From Massilicoli timonensis (lineage in GTDB: Bacteria; Bacillota_I; Bacilli_A; Erysipelotrichales; Erysipelotrichaceae), in contig NZ_LT963434.1 in assembly GCF_900199515.1 (NCBI RefSeq), forward strand, positions 783,272 to 815,271: a stretch of DNA of 32,000 bases, in the 5' to 3' direction. A program made the translations under genes and the position numbers. The notes under the pieces are model-generated. The model was not told the DNA's origin, searched no databases, and saw only the letters and a list, made by a program, of their open reading frames with translations. Each line of letters starts with the position of its first letter. Positions within the stretch are counted from its first letter, which is position 1. Positions 23,597 through 31,349 of this stretch are shown in pieces.

Positions 23597-24727
23597 TTAT
23601 ATCAGTTCAAATTTTCTTTCTTCCATACACAGCAACTGTTCGTTTTCATCATATACCTTTACACTAATATGATGCGTGCCGTTCACAAGATCGGCAACGT
23701 CTATTTCAGCATGGAACCCGGGGGTCGGATTGGTCGCGTAACCCCCAAATTGATTTTCATAAATGATAAGCAGATCCGCTCGCTCTATGCGATCGATTGC
23801 AGTGATTTCCTGACGGTCTATCATGACTTCCAGCCTTGCATGCAGACAATCGCTTAATTCCCAACCCTGTAATTTCAGTTTTTCATTATGTGAAAGCACT
23901 GCTCCGTTTTGCGGGAAATCGATTACCATATGCCCCACATATTTGTCTTTTTTCTCGATCACTTGATTTTTACTGTCCGCTTTATGGTCTAAGATGACCT
24001 GCTGCAAATAAGCGTCAATTACTTCATTGGGTTCTCCATCCATTTGGACTTTTCCCTTATAGATCCAAATTGCCCGATTACACAGCTCTCTCAATGTATC
24101 TAAGCTGTGAGAAACGATCACCACGGTTTTATCGCCATCGCGCAGTTCTTCTAATTTTCTGAAACATTTATCTTGAAAATACTGATCGCCGACGCCTAAT
24201 ATTTCATCAATCAATAAAATTTCCGCATCGACATTGATGGCAACCGAAAAAGCTAAGCGCATATACATGCCCGAAGAATACGTACGTACCGGATTATCAA
24301 TAAAATCGCCTAACTCGGAAAAATCAATGATGTCTTGTATCCGCGCATCGATTTCCTTCCGGGTCAAACCGAAGATCGAAGCATTAAAATAAATATTCTC
24401 TCTTCCCGAAAAATCCGGATGAAAGCCTGCTCCCAATTCCAGCAGGGAAGTCAGTTTTCCATAAGTTTTCAATTCTCCCGCATTGGGATAAAGAATCTTT
24501 GTCATCAGTTTCAAAAGCGTTGATTTTCCGCTTCCATTCGTACCGATCAAAGCAACGGTTTCACCTTTTTTTATATTAATGCAAATATCTTCCAAAACGC
24601 TGCGGTATTCCGCCTTCTTTCTATGGAAAGATATGATTTGTTCTTTTAATGTCTGTGGCTTGTCATACACGACCTTAAACTTCTTGTATAAGTGTCTGAC
24701 TTCGATCGCATTTTCTTTCGTCTGCAT
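23597..24727 (-). CDS. ABC polysaccharide/teichoic-acid export ATPase (Wzt/TagH/RgpD-like) with a ~130-aa C-terminal extra domain
   Basis: 376 aa. GTNGSGKSTLLK (Walker A), YSSGMYMRLAFS (signature), ILLIDEILGVGD (Walker B), SH (H-loop). Residues from about 245 to 376 lie beyond the NBD. Confidence 0.88.
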   Translation of the reverse strand: MQTKENAIEVRHLYKKFKVVYDKPQTLKEQIISFHRKKAEYRSVLEDICINIKKGETVALIGTNGSGKSTLLKLMTKILYPNAGELKTYGKLTSLLELGAGFHPDFSGRENIYFNASIFGLTRKEIDARIQDIIDFSELGDFIDNPVRTYSSGMYMRLAFSVAINVDAEILLIDEILGVGDQYFQDKCFRKLEELRDGDKTVVIVSHSLDTLRELCNRAIWIYKGKVQMDGEPNEVIDAYLQQVILDHKADSKNQVIEKKDKYVGHMVIDFPQNGAVLSHNEKLKLQGWELSDCLHARLEVMIDRQEITAIDRIERADLLIIYENQFGGYATNPTPGFHAEIDVADLVNGTHHISVKVYDENEQLLCMEERKFELI

Positions 24728-24754
24728 GTTATCACCTATCTCTACAATATATTG

Positions 24755-24783
24755 ATTATAACAAAATCCATTTATTTTGTCAT
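24755..24783 (-). promoter_or_regulatory. Candidate internal promoter in front of the ABC exporter genes
   Basis: Minus strand reads ATGACA (24783-24778), 17 nt, TGtTATAAT (extended -10, TATAAT at 24760-24755), 27 nt before the ATG. It sits in a 61-bp gap, unusually long for this operon. Confidence 0.45.
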
Positions 24784-24788
24784 AATTT

Positions 24789-25841
24789 TCAGCATGATTT
24801 TATATCATGATGATGATTATAACGAGAAAAGATATGATAAATGAACCAAAAATAGAGATCTCCACGGTAAAAACACGGATCATCCATATAGTTTTCATAG
24901 GCTCTGTTTTGCTTCATCTGTTTTCTTTTCTTTAGAAATTCTCGCCAGGAAAGCGATGGCAGCTGATTGCGATAGCGCCAAAAATCCAAACACTCGGTTA
25001 ATCGTTTCAGATTTTCATCCTTGCTCTCATGCTTTTTCAAAAATTCATAGACTTCATAATATCTTTGATAATGCTCATACGCATGATCCTGATAATAAAA
25101 CGGCGAATGCAGGATCGTCTTTTTTGTATTGCGGCTAAACGCTTGCTTTAATTGCGCAGGCGTACCATCACGCAGCAATGTAGTATCTCCAATTCCGCAC
25201 ACATTATTGCCATGTAAACGATAGTACGTTAATTTTTCATCTAAATATAATAAAGAATCCGCTGCACCGGCCATCATCGCCAATAAACCATCGTGTAACC
25301 AAAGATCACTGACATGAAAGCACTCCTCAAAAAATCGTTTTCTCATTGCCATCGTCGCGCCGGTAATGCAATAACGCTTCAATAGCTGCGGAAACAAATG
25401 AAACTCCTCTTTCTCGGCATCAAACAGCAAGCCTTCCCTCAAAGTCAAATTCATCGCTTGATCATGCTCATCAATCAATACTGCATTGCTCGCAATTAAA
25501 CTAACACGGGGATATTTCTCGAAATAATCGACCATCACCGCTACCTTATCACTTCTCCATATATCATCCTGATCACAGCTGAAAATCAAATCACCGCCGC
25601 ACAGCTGATAGGCCTTTTGAAAATTCCGCACGACCCCTAATGCTTCTTCATTTCTTTCGATCCGATAAGCAACCGTGCTTTCCGCCAGCAATTTTTCCGC
25701 AATCGCCAGCGTTTGATCCTTTGAGCCGTCATCACAAATGATGATCTCATCTACCGCTTTGCTCTGCTCTAAAATGCTTTTTATCTGCTTCTCGATAAAT
25801 CGTTCCCCATTATAGGTACACATCGCAACCGATACTCTCAC
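24789..25841 (-). CDS. GT2 glycosyltransferase, RgpB/GacC-like (rhamnosyltransferase candidate)
   Basis: VSVAMCTYNGERFIEKQIKSILEQS, IIICDDGSKDQT, GVVRNFQ, FSCDQDDIW. This pattern matches streptococcal RgpB-type enzymes as I remember them. I chose the GTG at 25841 (GAGG 8 nt upstream, just after the upstream stop). The track start of 25886 would overlap the previous gene by 40 nt. Confidence 0.8.
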   Translation of the reverse strand: MRVSVAMCTYNGERFIEKQIKSILEQSKAVDEIIICDDGSKDQTLAIAEKLLAESTVAYRIERNEEALGVVRNFQKAYQLCGGDLIFSCDQDDIWRSDKVAVMVDYFEKYPRVSLIASNAVLIDEHDQAMNLTLREGLLFDAEKEEFHLFPQLLKRYCITGATMAMRKRFFEECFHVSDLWLHDGLLAMMAGAADSLLYLDEKLTYYRLHGNNVCGIGDTTLLRDGTPAQLKQAFSRNTKKTILHSPFYYQDHAYEHYQRYYEVYEFLKKHESKDENLKRLTECLDFWRYRNQLPSLSWREFLKKRKQMKQNRAYENYMDDPCFYRGDLYFWFIYHIFSRYNHHHDIKSC

Positions 25842-25846
25842 TTCGC

Positions 25847-26815
25847 TCACCTCGCTTCCTTCGCCAAAAAACCATACGCCAGCCACGCCACCGCGCGGTT
25901 AAACCGCTTCAAATACCAGTTTTTCGCCGAATGTTCTTGCAAATAGCGGTTGCTTCGATAATCCGGAAAATGACGGTTCACCTCATCGATTGCCCGCACG
26001 ACCGCTTTTCGATATTCACTTCGGTCATATTTCGCAGCCGCCTTGATAAATGTCGCAAACAAATATCGCACATAACAGTATTCCAGTTCTTCCCGATAAC
26101 TTTCATACAAATGCTTTTCTTTATAAAATGCCAAGATGCCGTTCCAATTATCAATGCAGTGATAAATGCGCGGATCGACGCTATTGCTAATGGAGTTTGT
26201 CCGGATCAAATACCGATAAAATGGCTGATGCACCACACCGATGCTGTTTACATACGGCAGCATGCGATAGCCAAGCTCCACATCCTCAAACCAAATGCCT
26301 TCTTTGAAACGCAGGTTTTCAAACAACGCACGCCTATAAAGCTTATTCCATGCGGAAGGATAAAACGAGATCATATGCGCTTGAATCGCTTTTTTTCCAT
26401 ACAGATCCTGCTCGACGTGGCAGGAACAAGCGATCGCTTTGCCACTACGGATCTCATAAAAATCACAGACGACCAAGTCAAAATTTCCTTCCACCGCTTT
26501 CTGATACATTGACGCATACATCGTTTCAGAAACCGTATCATCACTGTCCGCAAACGCCAGATATGCACCCTGTGCCCGTTCGATCCCATAATTCCTGGCA
26601 GAACTCAGCCCGCCGTTTTCCTTTTGATAGGCTTTGATCCGATCCGGATACTGCTTTGCATAACGATCAATGATCTTTTGTGAATCATCCTGCGTGCCGT
26701 CATTTACCACAATGATCTCCATCTCCTTCAAGCTCTGTTTTACCAAAGCTTCCAGGCATGTCTCCAAATAGGCTTCCACATTGTAAACCGGTACGATTAC
26801 ACTGACTTTTATCAT
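25847..26815 (-). CDS. GT2 glycosyltransferase
   Basis: MIKVSVIVPVYNVEAYLETCLEALVKQSLKEMEIIVVNDGTQDDS, SARNYGIE, FADSDD. The ATG at 26815 forms an ATGA overlap with the upstream stop, with GGAGA 6 nt upstream. Confidence 0.88.
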   Translation of the reverse strand: MIKVSVIVPVYNVEAYLETCLEALVKQSLKEMEIIVVNDGTQDDSQKIIDRYAKQYPDRIKAYQKENGGLSSARNYGIERAQGAYLAFADSDDTVSETMYASMYQKAVEGNFDLVVCDFYEIRSGKAIACSCHVEQDLYGKKAIQAHMISFYPSAWNKLYRRALFENLRFKEGIWFEDVELGYRMLPYVNSIGVVHQPFYRYLIRTNSISNSVDPRIYHCIDNWNGILAFYKEKHLYESYREELEYCYVRYLFATFIKAAAKYDRSEYRKAVVRAIDEVNRHFPDYRSNRYLQEHSAKNWYLKRFNRAVAWLAYGFLAKEAR

Positions 26816-27987
26816 ACACATTCTCCATTCAACAGGCTCTCGATCTGCTTCATGATCGCCGCATAATCATATTGATAGTTTTTTAAGCCGGCTTTCCATT
26901 TTGTTAAAAGTGCAGGTTGCCGCAAGATCCTGCGAAGCCCATTCGCAAATCCTTCCCTGCTATTCTCACAAAGACAGCCGTATCGATCATCTGTCATTAA
27001 CATCTCACTGCCCGCAGTACGCGTTGCCAATACCGGCACGCCGCATAAAAATGCTTCCAGCATGACCAATCCAAACGATTCCGCATAAGAAGGCATAAGC
27101 AGCAGATCAAAACATTTCAAATTCGCCGCTACATTCACGCAAGCCCCTTCCCATATGACTTCCTGTTCCAGTCCCAAGGCCTTGCACTGCTGCCGCAACT
27201 GCTCCCGTTCTTCCCCATCACCGAAAATATGTACCTGTACCTGTTCCATCAACCCTTCCCTTTTCATTAGGGCAATGACATCTAATAAGCGATCAAAGCC
27301 CTTCAAGGGATGAAGCCGTCCCACTGCCGCCATCTGCAAACAAGTATTTGTCAGCTCACAGGACGGCTCTTCTGCCATTTCCTGTTTGATCTTCGTTACA
27401 TCGATCGGCGGTGCGATGACAACCGTCTTATTTTCTAAATGATAAATTTCCTGAAACTGCCGTTCGACCTGATGAGAGACCGCAACGATCTTAGTAAAGC
27501 GCGGCAGCACTGTTTCAAACAGCGATGTATAGTGCGCAGTCGGATCATCATAGCGATAGGAACTGTGCAGCCAGTGCAGTTTGATCGGCGTATCGCCATA
27601 ACCGCTGAACAATGCACAGAAGCCATCCTTAAACGCCACTTCCACATCATAGCTGCTGTTCAATAATTTCCGGCGCTCTTTCATGATCTTTTTCGCGATC
27701 CGTCCGGTTTTCATCAAAAAGATCAAGCGCAGCTTATGAACAAGCAAACCTAGATCGCCATTATGCAGTGCGCCTTTCAGCGAACAGTCGATCGCCCGAA
27801 AAAAAGGCGTCCCGAAAAAGACCCGCACATTTGCCGGCAGGTTTTGTAAGCGATCGCCGCGATCGTGGAGCACCAGCACATCCACATCAAATTTTTCATG
27901 ATCCAGCAGATGAAGCAGATCCTCTAATACTGCCGATACCCCGCCCATCTGCCTTTCATCTACGACAAACAACACCTTTTTTTTCAT
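26812..27987 (-). CDS. GT4-family (GT-B) glycosyltransferase (RgpA/GacB-like position)
   Basis: 391 aa. MKKKVLFVVDERQMGGVSAVL, and a C-terminal PSYAESFGLVMLEAFLCGVPVLATRTAGSEMLM (E-x7-E). Confidence 0.85.
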   Translation of the reverse strand: MKKKVLFVVDERQMGGVSAVLEDLLHLLDHEKFDVDVLVLHDRGDRLQNLPANVRVFFGTPFFRAIDCSLKGALHNGDLGLLVHKLRLIFLMKTGRIAKKIMKERRKLLNSSYDVEVAFKDGFCALFSGYGDTPIKLHWLHSSYRYDDPTAHYTSLFETVLPRFTKIVAVSHQVERQFQEIYHLENKTVVIAPPIDVTKIKQEMAEEPSCELTNTCLQMAAVGRLHPLKGFDRLLDVIALMKREGLMEQVQVHIFGDGEEREQLRQQCKALGLEQEVIWEGACVNVAANLKCFDLLLMPSYAESFGLVMLEAFLCGVPVLATRTAGSEMLMTDDRYGCLCENSREGFANGLRRILRQPALLTKWKAGLKNYQYDYAAIMKQIESLLNGECV

Positions 27988-28000
27988 TTCAGTTTCCTCG

Positions 28001-28951
28001 CTATCGCAAAAGCCATTTTAACAGCCGATACCGTTTTTGATAAAACAGCGTACAGATCAGCCGATATTTCCAATTTTTCTGCTTCACATATACGTTTTTT
28101 CGCCAATCGGGAAATCTTGTCTGCATCACCTTTACGATTCGATCCAGTGCTTGTTTCCCCTGCGCAAAGGCGAAAAAGCGAAGTGACGCCGCATGAAGCA
28201 GATGATCCGTAAATAAATATTCCAGCTCATCGTGATAACGCACGCGATGCGCTTCATCAAAGCCATTATATAAATGTTCCATGCAGGGGAAAATACATTC
28301 CAGCTTGTCATTATACGTACTTTGATGCATCGTCGATCCTTCATGCAGGACATAATCATACAGCGCTTCTTCCACATAAGCGATCCGCTTCGCATATTGC
28401 CCATAATGCGGCACGACTGCCAGATCCTCATAGGCGCGCAATTTCGGAAAATATAACGCATGATCTATAAGCAGCTGTCTTTTGATCAGCTTGCGCCAAG
28501 GACTTGCATGATGCAGCACATAGTTTTTTTCATCATCATCGCTCCAAATGGTCGTATCGTCCAAGCAGCCGACCTTCTCGCCGTTTTTGATGAGATTGGC
28601 ACTGCACCAGACAATGTCCGCATCTTCTTGTTGCGCTTTCTGATACAGCCTTTCCAGCATCTTCTCAGACACCGCATCATCAATATCCACAAAGCAGATA
28701 AAGTCGCCCTTAGCCCTATCGATTCCTTTGTTGCGGGCTGCTCCCTGTCCTTTGTTTTCCTGTGACAGGACTTGCACCCGCACATCCTCCTGCGCCAGTT
28801 TTTGTAAGATCGCTTCACTGTCATCAGTTGAACCGTCATTTATAAAGATCAGTTCATAATCTTGAAAGGTTTGGTGCAATAAGGCAGGAAGTGCCTCGGC
28901 AAAATAAACATGTGCGTTATAGACCGGTATAATTACACTGATTGCAGGCAT
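28001..28951 (-). CDS. GT2 glycosyltransferase (paralogue of 25847-26815)
   Basis: ISVIIPVYNAHVYFAEALPALLHQTFQDYELIFINDGSTDDS, AARNKGID, FVDIDD. SD AAAGGAGGAAG lies upstream. Confidence 0.88.
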   Translation of the reverse strand: MPAISVIIPVYNAHVYFAEALPALLHQTFQDYELIFINDGSTDDSEAILQKLAQEDVRVQVLSQENKGQGAARNKGIDRAKGDFICFVDIDDAVSEKMLERLYQKAQQEDADIVWCSANLIKNGEKVGCLDDTTIWSDDDEKNYVLHHASPWRKLIKRQLLIDHALYFPKLRAYEDLAVVPHYGQYAKRIAYVEEALYDYVLHEGSTMHQSTYNDKLECIFPCMEHLYNGFDEAHRVRYHDELEYLFTDHLLHAASLRFFAFAQGKQALDRIVKVMQTRFPDWRKNVYVKQKNWKYRLICTLFYQKRYRLLKWLLR

Positions 28952-28975
28952 TGTACTTCCTCCTTTTACGCTTTT

Positions 28976-29896
28976 CTAAATATAGCCGTCCAGACTTTCT
29001 AAATCTTCTTCATACAGCGCCTGCAGCATAGCAAGCGTCTGTAAGTGCGTTTCATAGCGAAACAGCCGTTTTTTTCGATCCTTATTTCCCATAGCCGCAC
29101 CGGTCGCCGCCTCTTCTTTATGCAGGATCTTTAAGCGCGGCTGGTAGACGCTCAATAAATGATGGCGGATCAACCGTACAAACAGCACGTCTTCTTCTCC
29201 GTAAAACTTCGTTCTGACCTCTAATCCATCAAACTGCGCCACATACACAGGCGTAAAGATCAGCCAGCACCCATGTAAGCGCACCATTTCCATTCTTCCC
29301 TCGATCGGCAGTTCTTCACGATAGCGATGACGAATCTTCTGCCAGCGAATCAGTTTGCCGATATACTTGTAAAGAAATAAATGCAGTGATTCTATCAACC
29401 ACTTGTTGCGTTTGATCAGTTTTTTGACCCGCAGACGATCCGCATCCAATTCACTGTATCGCAGCAGTTTTTTCGGATAAGCACAAATACTGCCATCCGG
29501 CAAATGAATCTGCGGACCGATCACGGCACAGTGTGATGCTTCATATTCCTGCTTTACCACCTGTAAGAAATCATCCTGCATCAATTCGGTATCATTGTTG
29601 CATAAACAGATAAACGTACAGCCAAGCGCTTTCGCACAGCGATAACCGACATTGTTTCCTTGTGAAAAGCCTAAGTTTTCTTCATTCACGATCACCTGCA
29701 CACGCTCACTATTTACAAAGCGTTTCGCTAGTATCTTGCCGCTTCCATTAGGCGATGCATTGTCCACGACGATGATCGCATAGTTTGCCGTATCGATATG
29801 TGCTTCGATCGAAGCAATACAAGCCAGTGTTTCCTGCAGTACCTGATAATGCAAAATGACAAATCCGATTTCCGCTTTCACGTCTTGCTTCCTCAT
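28976..29896 (-). CDS. GT2 glycosyltransferase (WbbL-like rhamnosyltransferase-type architecture)
   Basis: 306 aa. IGFVILHYQVLQETLACIASI, IIVVDNASPNGSG, LCNNDTE, GCWLIF. The SD is weak and too close to the ATG, so the start is less certain. Confidence 0.8.
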   Translation of the reverse strand: MRKQDVKAEIGFVILHYQVLQETLACIASIEAHIDTANYAIIVVDNASPNGSGKILAKRFVNSERVQVIVNEENLGFSQGNNVGYRCAKALGCTFICLCNNDTELMQDDFLQVVKQEYEASHCAVIGPQIHLPDGSICAYPKKLLRYSELDADRLRVKKLIKRNKWLIESLHLFLYKYIGKLIRWQKIRHRYREELPIEGRMEMVRLHGCWLIFTPVYVAQFDGLEVRTKFYGEEDVLFVRLIRHHLLSVYQPRLKILHKEEAATGAAMGNKDRKKRLFRYETHLQTLAMLQALYEEDLESLDGYI

Positions 29897-29911
29897 TTCC
29901 TTAACTGCTCA

Positions 29912-30928
29912 TCAATAAGGCAGATACAATTCCCGCATCCGTTTGATCGATGCGTCCAGACGATCACTGACCTGATAGTTTTTCACTCCGTAAATATGTT
30001 CATGCAGCATCGCCACATTTCCCTGGAAATCTTTTAAGATATAATGAATCGAAGTATTGCCGATCGGCACGGTCGCTTCAATGTCTTCATAGCCGTTTTC
30101 CGGAAACTGCAGCTGTGTGATATTGCCCAGATCAAAAGAAAGCAGATTCATGGCAAAACGCTTGATCTCCGAATTGCTGACATTTGTTTCAATGTACGGC
30201 ATGACCTGATTGACGATATCCAGCAGTTCAAAAGGACTTCTGCTTTTGAATTGATCGACGATCGCCAAGATGACCTGATTTTGTCTGTTCATTCTGCCGT
30301 AATCGCTGTCCAGATTACGAATACGCGAATATTCCAGCGCCTGTTTGCCGTTTAGCGTATAAACACCGCCTCCGGAAAGACCGATCTGTCCCGCTTCCGC
30401 CGCACTGAGCGACAAAGAAACGCCGCCCAAAAGATCGACGATCTTCGGTACGGAATTAAAATCAAACAGCACATAGCGCGTAATATCCAGATCCAGATTA
30501 TAATTCAGCGTCTGCAGCGCCGATTCTACACCGCCGCTGGAATACGCCTCATTGAAGTTATTGTAGTCGTCGATTCCCGGAATATAGACCAGATTGTCGC
30601 GCTGGATCGAACTGATCGTAATTTTATCGTTGTTGAAATCGAGCGATATGATCTTCATGACATCGGTGCGATGTGATGTGTCATTCTCGGTACCATCCGC
30701 ACCCAACAGCGCAATATTGATCACATTGTAGCGTTCTTCAAGCGACAGCGATTCTTCCGATACGCCGCCCTGCTCTTTAGAAATCGCATCTTTTTGATTC
30801 ATCTTGTTCAAGATCGAATCAATATATAAATTGCCGCCGATCACGACTGCGAGCACCAGCACCACGACCGTGCCTAATACCGCAATCAATCGTTTTTTGG
30901 CTTTAATCGATAATCTGTGTTTTTTCAT
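29912..30928 (-). CDS. LytR-CpsA-Psr (LCP) family glycopolymer-peptidoglycan ligase
   Basis: MKKHRLSIKAKKRLIAVLGTVVVLVLAVVIGG is an N-terminal TM anchor. Further motifs: INIALLGAD ... HRTDVMKIISLD, SIQRDNLVYIPG, ALEYSRIRNLDSDYGRMNRQNQVILA. ATG at 30928, with GAGGTGG 5 nt upstream. The track start at 30937 is a GTG. Confidence 0.9.
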   Translation of the reverse strand: MKKHRLSIKAKKRLIAVLGTVVVLVLAVVIGGNLYIDSILNKMNQKDAISKEQGGVSEESLSLEERYNVINIALLGADGTENDTSHRTDVMKIISLDFNNDKITISSIQRDNLVYIPGIDDYNNFNEAYSSGGVESALQTLNYNLDLDITRYVLFDFNSVPKIVDLLGGVSLSLSAAEAGQIGLSGGGVYTLNGKQALEYSRIRNLDSDYGRMNRQNQVILAIVDQFKSRSPFELLDIVNQVMPYIETNVSNSEIKRFAMNLLSFDLGNITQLQFPENGYEDIEATVPIGNTSIHYILKDFQGNVAMLHEHIYGVKNYQVSDRLDASIKRMRELYLPY

Positions 30929-30949
30929 ACTTGCCACCTCACATTAGAG

Positions 30950-30991
30950 ATTATACCTGATTTTATAGAAAAAGGCACTGCTTCTTGTCAT
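30950..30991 (-). promoter_or_regulatory. Candidate promoter region of the polysaccharide operon (two overlapping -10 candidates)
   Basis: Minus strand reads ATGACA (30991-30986), 18 nt, TATAAA (30967-30962). A second TATAAT at 30955-30950 has only a poor -35 (GTGCCT). The region lies directly downstream of a strong terminator. Confidence 0.35.
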
Positions 30992-31010
30992 AAAATCCAT
31001 ACATTTCACG

Positions 31011-31052
31011 AAAAAAACAGACTTTTCACATCTCTTTTCAAAAAGTCTGTTT
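31011..31052 (-). terminator. Strong rho-independent terminator isolating the locus from upstream genes
   Basis: Minus strand reads AAACAGACTTTT, a 14-nt loop, then AAAAGTCTGTTT. This is a perfect 12-bp stem running into 7 consecutive T. Confidence 0.8.
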
Positions 31053-31065
31053 CCCATGTCAGCAT

Positions 31066-31254
31066 TTATTTCTCAAAAAGCGACGCCGCTTCTACTTCCA
31101 GCACCTGTGCGATCCGCGCGATTTCCACTAGTGTTAATGTATCGTCAAGCGCAGCGACCACCGCCTTTTTCAGCACTTCATCTACTTTCATTCCTTTGAT
31201 CGCAGAAAGTGTCGCCAACCGTATTTTCAATAATTCCAGTGCATCTTGATCCAT
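31066..31254 (-). CDS. Hypothetical 62-aa protein
   Basis: MDQDALELLKIRLATLSAIKGMKVDEVLKKAVVAALDDTLTLVEIARIAQVLEVEAASLFEK. GGAGGT lies 7 nt before the ATG at 31254, whereas the track start at 31269 has no usable SD. The tail resembles the last helices of an XRE-type HTH, but no full domain is visible. Confidence 0.4.
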   Translation of the reverse strand: MDQDALELLKIRLATLSAIKGMKVDEVLKKAVVAALDDTLTLVEIARIAQVLEVEAASLFEK

Positions 31255-31349
31255 CCGGTTTACCTCCATCCTCTACTATCAGCTATTTCCTATTTTACCA
31301 GACTTATGCACATAGACAAGTCATTTATTGATTTTTGAAAGCAGTCCCG

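Noticed and set aside
25931-26637. 193-aa and 95-aa plus-strand ORFs and a 72-aa minus-strand ORF inside the GT2 gene
   Set aside because: They are antisense or alternative frames of the 25847-26815 GT2, which has clear catalytic motifs. The 193-aa length is explained by the absence of stop codons in the reverse frame of a GC-richer gene.
28132-28839. 109-aa and 117-aa minus-strand ORFs and plus-strand ORFs inside 28001-28951
   Set aside because: They are alternative frames of a confidently called GT2. Their M/C/R/W-rich composition is not protein-like.
4794-30937. Longer N-terminal extensions given by the ORF track (starts at 4829, 5847, 14359, 15624, 18709, 20631, 22816, 25886, 26821, 30937)
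   Set aside because: These starts are mostly GTG/TTG, or overlap the upstream gene and lack an SD. In each case an in-frame start (ATG in all but one, GTG at 25841) with a good SD lies just after the upstream stop and matches the expected family N-terminus. I trimmed the calls accordingly.
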